Assembly: GCA_043228905.1 (NCBI GenBank)
Contig: JBHGNT010000017.1
Coordinates: forward strand, 10,974,001 to 11,038,000
Direction of reading: 5' to 3'
Source: Azolla caroliniana
Taxonomy: Eukaryota > Plantae > Polypodiophyta
DNA: 64,000 bases
Shown here: one piece after another, positions 10,361-21,319 of the stretch
How positions within the stretch are numbered: position 1 is the first letter of the stretch
How the letters are laid out: the number at the start of each line of letters is the position of its first letter
Made by a program: the position numbers and the translations under genes
Notes under the pieces: generated by a model
Told to the model about the DNA's origin: nothing
Databases searched by the model: none
The model's input: only the letters and a program-made list of their open reading frames with translations

Positions 10361-10362
10361 TG

Positions 10363-10780
10363 TGTTACCGGCCGGCAAGGAGTCCAAAATACGGAGTGAA
10401 GGAATTAATTAAATATGGTTGTAAATGAGCATAGTGTGGACGGACGGACTGGAAACGGTATGTCGTTCCAGATCCGGACGGATCCCGAATAGGTGCGATA
10501 GGCACCGTTTTGTACTACGGGCCGGAAACCTATTTAAAGGCCGGACCCCATTGTAATCGCAGCGGATAATTAATAGAGCATATGGTGTTTATACTTCTGT
10601 GTTGATTTCCGTTCTGTAATTACTGTTATATCTTACGCGTGTAATTAACAAAAGCGCTCTAATCGTGTAACCTACGTAAGTCGGTGAAATCGTTGAGTCA
10701 TAATCCTATGCCGTAATCACCCTTTGGTGAAGTGTCTCCGTGACACCTTGTGATAGGCCTTGTCCGGTCAGAGAATAACA
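10363..10780 (+). repeat. G1 3' LTR
   Basis: Copy of 863-1280, followed by TSD GATTG. Confidence 0.97.
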
Positions 10781-10785
10781 GATTG

Positions 10786-11871
10786 TCAAGTAGATAAGGC
10801 TTCTGACAATTTGTCGGAACCTCATCGGGTCGCATAACTTTCCGGAATTGGGGCGAAGCTTGACGGTTCTATCTAGAGGAGTCGAGACGGACTTACAGTC
10901 TGCCATCCCGAATTTGAAGAGCATATTCAGCGCATAATGACGTTGGCTGATCAGTATGCCTTCGGGGGTGCGGATCACTTCGATCCCAAGGAAGTAATGA
11001 AGGTCCCCCAGATCCTTCATGTCGAATGATGCCGCAAGCTGGAGCTTCACGCGATCGATTTCACCTAGGTCGGCGCCGTTGATGACCAAGTCATGAACAT
11101 ATAGTAAAATACTGACCGGACTGAGTCGACCTTTTCGGATGAACAGGGAAGAGTCCGATTTTGACGTAGCAAAGCCATCCGACGCAGTTGCCGCGTGATC
11201 TTTGCGTTCCAGGCACGCGGAGCTTGCTTCAGTCCGTAAAGGGACTTCTTAAATCGGCACACTGCCGACGGATTCGTTTCGGAGTGAAATCCGGGGGGTT
11301 GTACCATGTACACCTGTTCCTCAAGCTCACCTTGCAGGAGCGCATTCTTTACATCCATCTGATGTAAGTGCAACCCCTTTGCCGTAGCTATCACGAGCAA
11401 AACACGGACGGTCGTCATCTTCGCGACTGGCGCAAACGTCTCATCGTAGTCGATGCCGTGTTTCTATGCGTAGCCTTTTGCCACTAACTGGGCCTTGTAT
11501 CGGTTGACCGAGTCGTCGGTGTTTTACTTGACCTTATACACCCACCTACATCCAATCGGCTTCACACCCTTCGGTGCGTCAACCAGGTCCCAGGTCTCGT
11601 TTTCCGCCAATGTGTGCATCTCTTCCTCCATCGCGGCGCACCAATTCACGTCCTTAGCCGCTTCTGCGTAGCTCTCCGGCTCACTCACTTCCACTACACG
11701 GGTCATGTATGCATAATCATGCGCCATGTACTCGTTGTATCTGAATCGCACAGCTGCGTTCTTCTGGCGGGTAGATCGGCGTAATTGCTCATCAGCCGGT
11801 GTTGAGGCTTTCTTGGTCGACGCGGATTTCGGTCTCGGAGACCCGTTGTCACTTCCCTCGGAGTCGGATTT
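10786..11871 (-). pseudogene. pol: Copia C1 RT fragment, continuing 407-862
   Basis: EPESYAEA, WVYKVK, HQMDVKNA, KSLYGLKQAPRAW, MKDLGDLHYFLGIEV. Confidence 0.92.
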
Positions 11872-12367
11872 TGACGGGAACTGCACGCTCCCTATACACA
11901 ACGCTCGGCCACAACCGAGCTTAGAATGATAAACAGAAAACGAGAATTAATGCACAACACGAAGAAGAGACGAGTACGCAGGATGTTTACGTGGAAAACC
12001 CAAACTAAGGGAAAAACCACGTCAGCCCACAGGCTGCAAACTATCACTATGTTAGAATGTACAACAGTGAGTTCACGGAGGCAATGACCTCGTGCTCACG
12101 CTCCTCGCCACAGGCGGTGGTTACAACAGAGGCAACGACCTCTTTTTCTCACTCTCTCTCTGTACACAGTTACGTGCTCTCTTCCTCCTTGCACCAACAA
12201 GAATGACAACAACAACAACGAACAAAAGTTTGCCCTAAGTCATATTTATACTAATATGACTTTTCGGCTATTTACAAATATAGCCACGATGAACTCTCAG
12301 AAACATATTTACAAATATGTCTCTTCATCCGGAGAGTGCTCCTCACCAGGCCTGCATCATCCGGATC

Positions 12368-12550
12368 TAGCCGGGTACTCCTCATCCGGTTATCACCGGG
12401 TCTGCACCATCCGGCTCTCTGTAGCCGGGTACTCCTCATCCGGTTATCACCGGGCTGCACCATCCGGCTCTCCGTAGCCGGGTACTCCTCATTCGGTTCT
12501 CACCGGGTTTGCACCATCCGGCTCTCCGTAGCCGGGTACTCCTCATCCGG
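12368..12550. repeat. 54-bp tandem repeat in the C2 3' LTR, 3 full copies plus 1 partial
   Basis: Unit TAGCCGGGTACTCCTCATCCGGTTATCACCGGGTCTGCACCATCCGGCTCTCCG; starts at 12368, 12422, 12475, 12529. Confidence 0.92.
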
Positions 12551-12634
12551 TTTCGGCCTTGGCCGAGTTTGCTTATCAGCACTGTTCTTCTCCCTTCCCA
12601 TCCGGAGGGACCTGTCTCCCAACAAACTCCCCCT

Positions 12635-15600
12635 TCACTCCGGCATGGGGTGTCTTACTAGTCCGATCCTCTTTTGGCATGGATCCAGCTTGTCGGGTAT
12701 CAGAACTTTGGTCATCATATCTGACCCGTTCTCGGCCGTGTGGATCTTCGTCAATGCGAACTCTTGGTCATCTACTCTTTCCCGGATCCAGTGATGTCTT
12801 CGCTAGATATGCTTCGTCCGGGAATGGTAGGCCGCATTCTTAGCAAGATGGATGGCACTTTGACTGTCGCAATAGAGCCGATATTCATCTTGCCGGATAC
12901 CGAGCTCTCCGATGAAGTCCTTCATCCATAAGATTTCCTTGCGGGCTTCCACAGCTGCCATGTACTCCGCCTCCGTGGTTGACAATGCAACCGTCTTCTG
13001 CAGTCTCGACTGCCACAAAACAGCTCCCCCTGCATATGTCATTACATACCTGGATGTAGACCGGCTGGTATCCACATCAGCCGACATGTCCGAATCGGTG
13101 AAATCGTCAAGTTGAGGTTTTCCGGAGCCGAATCGGAGACACATATTTGAAGTGCCCTTCAAATACTGGAGTATCCATTTGACCGCGTTCCAGTGCTCCT
13201 TGCCGGGATTGCTCATAAACCGGCTCACCACTCCGACTGCGTATCCTATATCCGGTCGGGTACACACCGTTGCATACATCAATCTCCCGACGGCAGAGGC
13301 ATATGGAATCTTCATCATATCCGCCTTCTCTGCTTTCGTCTTCGGGCTTTGCTTACCGGATAGCCTGCAGTTTGCCGGAAGTGTCAATCTGACCGGTTTC
13401 GCATTTGACATGTTGAACCGGTGAAGCAGCTTTGTCACGTACTTTTCTTGTGACAGCCATAATTGCTTCACTGACCGGTTCCGGATAATATGCATCCCCA
13501 ACATCTGTCTTGCCGGACCCAAGTCTTTCATTGAGAAGGTCCGGTTGAGGGCCTTCTTCAGCATCCGTATTTTGGCTTGGTCCCGTCCGACGATCAACAT
13601 GTCGTCCATGTACAGAAGGAGTATCAAGAAGTCGCCTCCTTCGAACTTCTTCACAAATACGCAGTGATCGGGCTGCATCTTCTGGTACCCTTGATCGGCC
13701 ATGAAGGAGTCGAACTTCCGGTACCATTGACGGGGAGCCTGCTTTAGTCCGTACACGCTCTTCTTCAGCCAGCATACCAGGTGCTCCTTCCCTTTCTCCA
13801 CAAATCCCTCCGGTTGCTGCATGTAGATCTCCTCTTCGAAGTCGCCGTGAAGGAATGTTGTCTTCAGGTCCAGTTGTTCTACCTCGAGGTCCATGCTTGC
13901 CGCCATACTCAGCACCGTCCGGATGGAGGTCATCTTTACTACCGGGGCAAATATCTCGTCAAAGTCCACGCCCTTTTTCTGCTGGAACCCCTTCACCACG
14001 ATCCTGGCTTTGTATCTCAAGGGGTTGCCGGCATCTCCCGGTTTCAACTTGTACACCCACTTGTTTCGGAGTGCCCGCTTTCCTTTCGGCAACTCCCCCA
14101 ATTTGTACGTATGGTTCTCATGCAAGGAATCCATCTCGTCCTGCATGGCACTTAACCATTTGCGGTTGTAGGTGTCATCCTTCGCTTCTTCGAAGCTTTC
14201 TAGCTCCCCCTTATCGGTCAGCAGAACATGCTCTGCATCCGGAAATCTCCGGGGGGGCCTTCTCTCTCTGAGAGGATATCTCCGTCTTCGGGCTTCGGTA
14301 ACCGGCTCTTGCATTTGCTCTTCATCCGAATCCGATTCGGGGTCTTGGCCGGTTCCGGTTTCAGCTTCTTCTACTTCTTCTTCAGCTTGTTCGGTATCCT
14401 CACCGTAACCGGCTAGTCCCTCGAGTGCTAACTGGTCTCTGGCCGGTTGGGTCTACTCATCGTAGAGTCGATCCTTATCGGTCGACTCAGAGTTCATTAT
14501 CTTCTTCTCCGACTCCCAGTCGGCCAGCGTCTTGTACTCCATGAAGATAATATCTCGACTCCGAATTACCTTCTTGTCGACCAAGTCCCACACTCGGTAG
14601 CCGAACTCATCGTCACCGTAACCGAGGAATATGCATGCCCGGGTCTTTGGATCCAACTTTCCTCTCCGGTCCTTAGCTACATGCACGTACGCAAGACACC
14701 CGAATACCTTCAGATGCCGCTAGAATACTTCCTTACCGGTCCAGACCCTCTGTGGCGTGTCTCCGTCCAAGGGTACTGAGGGTGATCTATTTATCACATA
14801 TGTCGTTGTCGACAATGCCTCAGCCCAAAACTTCTTGGGTAGTTTTGCATGCGCTAGCATACTCTGGACCCTCTCCATTATGGTCCGGTTCATCCTTTTG
14901 GCTAGTCCGTTTAGTTCCGGCATCTTCGGCACGGTAAATTCGAGCCGGATTCCCTTCGAGCGGCAGTACTCCTCGAACTGCCCCCGGTATTCTCCTCCGT
15001 TATCTGCTCGAACCGCCTTCAGCTTACGGCTGGTTTCTCATTCCACTCTCGCGTGGAGCTCTTTGAAGATGGATAGCACCTGATCCTTCGTCTTCAACGG
15101 TGTGGCCTAGAGCTTCCGGTTGTGGTCATCTATGAATGTCACGAAGTACTGCGCTCCAGCATGTGATTTCGTGTCTACTTGACACACATCCGTATGCACC
15201 AACTCCAATGGTGCATTACGTCTCATCGGTGGCCTTGGTCGGAAAGAGGTCCGGTTTTGCTTACCGGCCAGACAATCAGTGCACTTCTCTAAGTGCACGT
15301 TCTTCACTGGAATGAGGTTGTCGTCTGCAAGCCTCTTCATCCCCTTCTCGCTCATATGACACAGCCTCTTGTGCCACAGCTCACCGGCAGTGTCGGATGC
15401 CACGTTCACTTCTTCCGGACATAACCGGGCATTCATCAGGTACAGCGTGTTTACCTTCCAGGCCCGAGCCACAATCAGGCTCCCTTTGCTGAACTTCATG
15501 ACACCGTTCCAGATGCTACCCGTGTAGCCTTCATCATCTCGCCGACCGGCTGATATCAGGTTCAGACGAACCTCCGGAACGTGTTGGACATCCTTCAGCA

Positions 15601-16666
15601 GCAACTTGCATCTGGTTGGTGTTGTCAGCCACACGTCTCCTATGCCGACAATTCGGCATGTACCTTCATTCCCCATCCAGACACAATCGTGATCACCAAC
15701 TGAGTAGAATGAGAAGCATTTCCGGTCCGGGGTAAGGTGGAACGACGCTCCGGAGTCTACCACCCAGGTCGTCTCGTCGCCGGCAAGGTTTATCTCACTC
15801 TCCTCGGTGATGAGCATCAACGCTTCTTCACTTGCCGCGATTGCCGTCGTTCCCTTCCGGTCTTTACCGTTCCGGTCCGGGGTCCGCTTCGAATCGGTAC
15901 CGTCGATTTCCTTGTCTTTTCGGAAATGCCGACAGTTCTTTTGGAAGTGTCCCGGCTTGCCGCAATAGAAGCAAGTAGGCCTCCCCCTTGACTTTGACCG
16001 TGTCCCCGACTTCTCCCGGTTCTGGGGACTACGGTTTCTATGTCTTCCGCGTTCCGATTCGGTAAGGAGCGCTTTGGAGTCGGAGCTCGTATCTTTATCC
16101 TTCCGACGCGCCTCCTCATCTAGCAAGCTCGACTTTACTCTTGCTAGGGATAACCGTTTTCCTTCCGGCCCGGCATTGCCCAAAGTGACAACCAACGTCT
16201 CCCAGCTATCCGGGAGGGAACCGAGCAAGAGTAGCGCTAGTACCTCATCGGCGAGAGGTACTTCCAATGATGTTGCTTGGTGGATCAACCCTTGGAAGGC
16301 ATTCATGTGCTCCGCCATGCTGGAGCCATCTTGGTACTGGAGTCTTATTAGCTTCCGGAATACCGAAACCTGATTGACAACATTTTTGTTTTGAAACATA
16401 ATGTCCATCTTCTCCCAGAGCTCATGAGCCTTGCTCTCTTCATTGAAGTTGTTGTATAGGCTCATGTCGATGAAGCACCGTATGTACGTCGTTGTCTTCA
16501 TGTGCATCACCTCCCATATCGTGGCGTCGATTTTGTCTGGTCTCTTGTCCCCGAACTGAACCGGAAACCAAAGATCTTTAACCACAAGCATGTCCCTCAT
16601 CTTTGACTTCCACACTGAATAGTTGGAGCCAGTGAGCTTGAACATGCCGCCAAACGATTCGTCCAT
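12635..16666 (-). pseudogene. pol: C2 gag-pol with in-frame stops and frameshifts
   Basis: CFYCGKPGHFQKNC, WVVDSGASFH, HKRLCH/CTDC, LVHTDVC, LYMDDML, HSRTKHI. Split over ORFs 15107-16738, 14720-14932, 14453-14686 and 12803-14314. Confidence 0.93.
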
Positions 16667-17191
16667 TTTCTGTGTCGTTTCGCTCTGATACCACTTGACG
16701 GGAACTGCACGCTCCCTATACGCAACGCTCGGCCACAACCGAGCTTAGAATCATAAACAGAAAACGGGAGTTAATGCACGACACAAAGAACAGACGAGTA
16801 CGCAGGATGTTTACGTGGAAAACCCAAACTAAGGGAAAAATCACGGAAGCCCACAGGCTGCAAACTATCACTATGTTAGAATGTACAACAGTGAGTTCAC
16901 GGAGGCAATGACCTCGTGCTCACGATCCTCGCCACAGGCGGCGTTTACAACAGAGGCAACGACCTCTTTCTCTCACTCTGTCTCTGTACACAGTTACGTG
17001 CTCTCTTCCTCCTTGCACCAACAAGAATGACAACAACAACAACGAACAAAAGTTTGCCCTAAGTCATATTTATACTAATATGACTTTTCGTCTATTTACA
17101 AATATAGCCACGATGGACTCTCAGAAACATATTTACAAATATGTCTCTTCATCCGGAGAGTGCTCCTCACCGGGCCTGCATCATCCGGATC

Positions 17192-17540
17192 TAGCCGGGT
17201 ACTCCTCATCCGGTTATCACCGGGTCTGCACCATCCGGTTCTCCGTAGCCGGGTACTCCTCATCCGGTTCTCACCGGGTCTGCACCATCCGGCTCTCTGT
17301 AGCCGGGTACTCCTCATTCGGTTATCACCGGGTCTGCACCATCCGGCTCTCTGTAGCCGGGTACTCCTCATTCGGTTATCACCGGGTCTGCACCATCCGG
17401 CTCTCCGTAGCCGAGTACTCCTCATCCGGTTCTCATCGGGTCTGCACCATCCGGCTCTCCGTAGCTGGGTACTCGTCATTCGGTTATCACCGGGTCTGCA
17501 CCATCCGGCTCTCCGTAGCCGGGTACTCCTCATCCGGTTT
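17192..17540. repeat. 54-bp tandem repeat in the C2 5' LTR, 6 full copies plus 1 partial
   Basis: Unit starts at 17192, 17246, 17300, 17354, 17408, 17462, 17516. Confidence 0.92.
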
Positions 17541-17616
17541 CGGCCTTGGCCGAGTTTGCTTATCAGCACTGTTCTTCTCCCTTCCCATCGAGAGGAACCT
17601 GTCTCCCAATAGATTC

Positions 17617-20104
17617 GCGTCGATCCGACCCGTTCCTATCCGTGCCGTAATCCGACACCTTCTTCACTACTCGCCGTCTCTTCATCAGACTAGTTGAACT
17701 GACTCAGTCGTCCATTCCGTCCACTCAACCGAAATGAAATCAGACTCTCTTCGCGTGTCCCGATTTTAGGCTCATCCGGAGGCATCTCGACCTCACTGAC
17801 CTCATTGTCAGAACTCGAATTGGAGGTGAGGTCCGGAGTCGGAGGCAAGTACCAGGATGCGGACTCATCAAACACAACGTCGCGGCTCACGCGCGCTTCT
17901 TTGGTGCGCGGGTTATAACACTTATAACCCTTCTGCTCGTCCAAGTAACCGACCAAGATACATTTCTCGGCCTTTGCGTCCAGCTTTCTCCATTTATCCT
18001 TCGGCACATGCACATACGCAATGCTACCGAAAACTCGTAAGTGTTGCAAGTTCGGCTTCGTTCCGAAGTATAGCTCATGCGCCGACACTTTTTGTCCAAT
18101 CCGATTCTGCATGTATACCACAGTCCTTAGCACCTCGGCCCAGTAGAACTTGGGCAAGCTCTTCTCCTCCAGCATTGCCCGTGCCGCTTCCACAACCGAC
18201 CGATTTTTCCTCTTGGCCACGCCGTTTTGCTACGACGTGTATCTACAACTGAATTCGCGCCGAATTCCCATCTGTTGGAGATAACCGTTGAATTGACCGG
18301 AAAAGTATTCTTTTCCTCCATCTCACCGCACGCACTTGATCTTTCTTCCTATTTCTATTTCCACAAACCCTTTGAGGTCCCGGAAACAGTCGAAGACTTC
18401 GCTCTTCCTCTCAATGAGGTAGATCCACGTGTGCCGCTTGTAGTCATCGATGAAGGAGACAAAATATCGGCTCCCGCCAAGACTAACGTTTTGTGTTGGC
18501 CCCCACACATCGGAGTGTATCAAGTCGAGCTTGTTCCTGCTCCGGTTACACTCGTTGGGGAAAGGATGTCAGTGTTGCTTCCCAAGCTGGCAGGCTTCAC
18601 AAATTTGTGCCTTCCAGCCACTAAATTTGGGCAATCCGAACACCACTTGTTTCGATTGGAGGTCTTGAAGCCGCTGGTAGTTGATGTGGCCTATCTGCTT
18701 GTGCCATACGTCGATGTTCGACTCGACTTTTTCTCCCTTCGCGAACATTGCGGTGCCACCGTCAATAGAGTCGAGGATGAACATCCTCCCATCTCTGCGC
18801 CCTTGCGCAATAACATGGCCTTCTTCCTCAATGAAGCACCCGATGTGTGTAAACCGGACCTCCATCCCTTGGTCGACGATCTGTCTGACCGACACCAAGT
18901 TCTTCGTGATTGTCGGAACGTCTAGCACGTTCATGAGTTTCCCTTTCTGCCTGACGTGGCTCAGGGGAACTTCTCCGACATTCACGATCGGATGCGGAGT
19001 GTCATCTCCAGTTGCGACTACTCCCGGTTGCATTGGTTTTTCTAGGTACGAGAACCACTCCTTATGGCTCGTCATGTGATTTGACGCGCCGGAGTCGACG
19101 TACCACACCTCGTCCGATTTCAGAGTGGTCTGCTTCATTGAGTTTGATTCGTGTCTCGTCACGAAGGCAAACCCTTTTCCGGCTTTTCTGGATCCTTCGG
19201 CGTAGTGCGATAGCTGCCGGTTTCCGTTGTCGGTATGTCCGGAACCAGATCTGGAACCGGTCCTCTCCGAGTCGGTGGGCTTTTTCCAGCACTCGCTCTC
19301 CTTGTGGCCTTTCTTGCCACAATACCAACATTCTGTGGCGGGTTTCCCTTGCCGGTTCTCATCTCCTCGACTCCCCCTGTTTCCGGAGGGTCCGGAATTG
19401 CTGTCGGCATCATTTTGGTGCCTCCTTCCTTGATCTCATCGGCCGCCTCCATTGCGTACCGAGTTGCCTCGTCCTCCACGTCCACGGAGCCTATCTCCCT
19501 CTGTGTACAACATCTTGTTGTCGGTGTGCATGCTCGTTGATGCACCCGCATGGTTCTCCTATACCAGGAGCATCGACTGTAAGTCGAAAAAGGACGACGT
19601 ATTCTCCCGGGTACACACAGCAGTTCGGAACGCCCTGAACTTTGATGCCAAACCCCCGAGAAAGACCTAGACTATCTCGCTTTCCTCGATGTTGACATCG
19701 ATGGAAGCTACGGAGTCGCATATGTCATTGATCTTCGAGGTATAGTCAGCCACTGACAAATCGCGTTGTCGTAGGTTGCTCAACTCCTGTCGGAGCTAAA
19801 GCTTCCTGGCTGTGGTGCTCACGACGAAGATCTTCTTCAGATTTTCTCACGCACCCTGCGGCGTTTTTGCATCCCGAACGTAGCTTAATAGTTGTACGCC
19901 CAAACAAGACGCGAAACAGTACAACACTCTGCTCGCCAATTGTTCCAACGCCGAGAAGTCTTTGTGTGTCGATTTGGGTGCCGCGTCATTTGCTCCTTCG
20001 ACATAGCTCCAGTAACCGTGCCCAAGCAGGTACTAATGCATCTTGTAGGACCAAGATGCGTAGTTGGTTATGTCGAGCTTCTCCGTTGGAAGCGAGCTAG
20101 CCAT
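17617..20104 (-). pseudogene. gag: Copia C1 gag-PR-integrase, degenerate
   Basis: WYVDSGASNHMT, WHKQIGHIN..CEACQLGKQ, IHSDVWGP, LRVFGSIAYVHVP. Confidence 0.9.
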
Positions 20105-20184
20105 TCCTCTGTCCATCGGTTTTCTTGTTCTTCTTCGTTGGTTTTTCCTTCAAGCAAAGTCAACTGTAGAGGTTCTCAACCCTC

Positions 20185-20602
20185 GCGCTCTGATACCATG
20201 AAAAGAATGGCATGCAGAAGCAATATAGGAAACCGAACAGCAGAAAACGCAGGTTTAATGGAAAGCTTAGGTTTCCACAATACACACATGAGAGACTGAG
20301 AGAGAGTAAAAACCAAAACTATATTCAAAATAATACTCAATTTGTAGATAGGATGTGCTCAGTGAGCACCTTTATACAAGCTCTGACAATCGGGCTGACA
20401 CAAGTACTGACGGTACTTGACTGCTCATAAATGAGCCTCGACACTGACTCTCAAATATATTCCTTACGGAATATCTTTCCGATGGCCTCACGGTTTCTGC
20501 ACGGATCCGGCCTTCCTACGCACCAGTTTGCGTACCGGCCTAACCGATCCGGTCCTCGGCTTGCTCAGCCGATCGGGCCGATGTTGAGCTTGTCTCTCAA
20601 CA
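20185..20602 (-). repeat. C1 PBS (tRNA-iMet, 20185-20198) and 5' LTR (20199-20602)
   Basis: Minus-strand TGGTATCAGAGCGC abuts a TG...CA segment that resembles the C4 LTR at 41369-41811. Confidence 0.8.
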
Positions 20603-21235
20603 ATAAGGAACAATCTCTAAAACCAAGGATGTTGATGATGGTAACTCCAGAAGCAAGGACTTGTTGTCCAGAGGGCAGAAATATAAATATATTATGTATA
20701 CTCGCCATTAGATAGAAGAGTAGGTGAGGAAATAGGTAAGACTAAAAATAGCCGTGTTTTAGCCCTCACAATCAGCTGATGGTTCGGCTCTATTTGAAGG
20801 GGAAAACTATATAACCCGAGTTATGCATACTTCAAGGGGGGATTTTAGCTAGATCGTTCTTAGCGAGAGTAATATCACAACAACAAGTTTTGGACAAACT
20901 GTTTCTGGCTAAGGTCGAGTACTGTAATCACTGCGAGCTTCATCATTTAATATAAGTTTCGTTTTTATTCTTCTATCTGTGTATTCTCCCCGAACTCGTA
21001 AATCAAGCTTCGTTTATGCGTGACGGGTTGTAGCCATGTACGCTCCTCGTTCTCCTTTCTTCTCTCCGAACTCGTAAATCAAGCTTCGTTTATGCGTGAC
21101 GGGTTGTAGCCATGTACGCTCCTCGTTCTCCTTTCTTCTCCCCGTGTAGAAGAGACTTCCACGTAACACGATCCCTTGGCAACGATAGCTTGTGGGCTCA
21201 TCGAAGGTGTTTTCCCAGAAATGGTCAACACAATT

Positions 21236-21248
21236 TGGCATGCCCGGT
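21236..21248 (+). promoter_or_regulatory. G2 PBS, tRNA-Arg(UCU) type
   Basis: TGGCATGCCCGGT 5 nt after the LTR; canonical form TGGCACGCCC with one C>T change. Confidence 0.75.
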
Positions 21249-21319
21249 TACAGTTGTAAGGTCAGAACGAACTACGTTGGAAGCAAACTCTAGCCGCCAT
21301 TACGGCGCCCAATCGCATC

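Larger units (their letters stand above)
863..10780 (+). mobile_element. G1: full-length non-chromoviral Ty3/Gypsy LTR retrotransposon with an extra 3' ORF
   Basis: 418-bp LTRs (TGTT...AACA) with 2 differences seen. TSD GATTG at 858-862 and 10781-10785. Domain order gag-PR-RT-RH-INT; no chromodomain or second RNase H seen. Confidence 0.97.
11872..17611 (-). mobile_element. C2: full-length degenerate Copia (Tnt1/TAR/Tork-like) nested in C1
   Basis: LTRs 11872-12624 and 16696-17611. TSD GATTT/GATTC (1 mismatch). tRNA-iMet PBS TGGTATCAGAGCG at 16681-16693; PPT GAAGGGGGAGTT at 12625-12636. Confidence 0.95.

Noticed and set aside
863-10780. Element actually oriented on the minus strand, with the inverted PBS as the true PBS
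   Set aside because: The LTR TATA polarity, all three ORFs and a normal PBS after the left LTR are on the plus strand, and no minus-strand PPT lies next to the left LTR.
17080-17697. Repetitive ORFs on both strands, and a CRISPR-like look of the 54-bp array
   Set aside because: The unit length is a multiple of 3 and lies within an LTR. There are no unique spacers or cas genes, and the context is eukaryotic.
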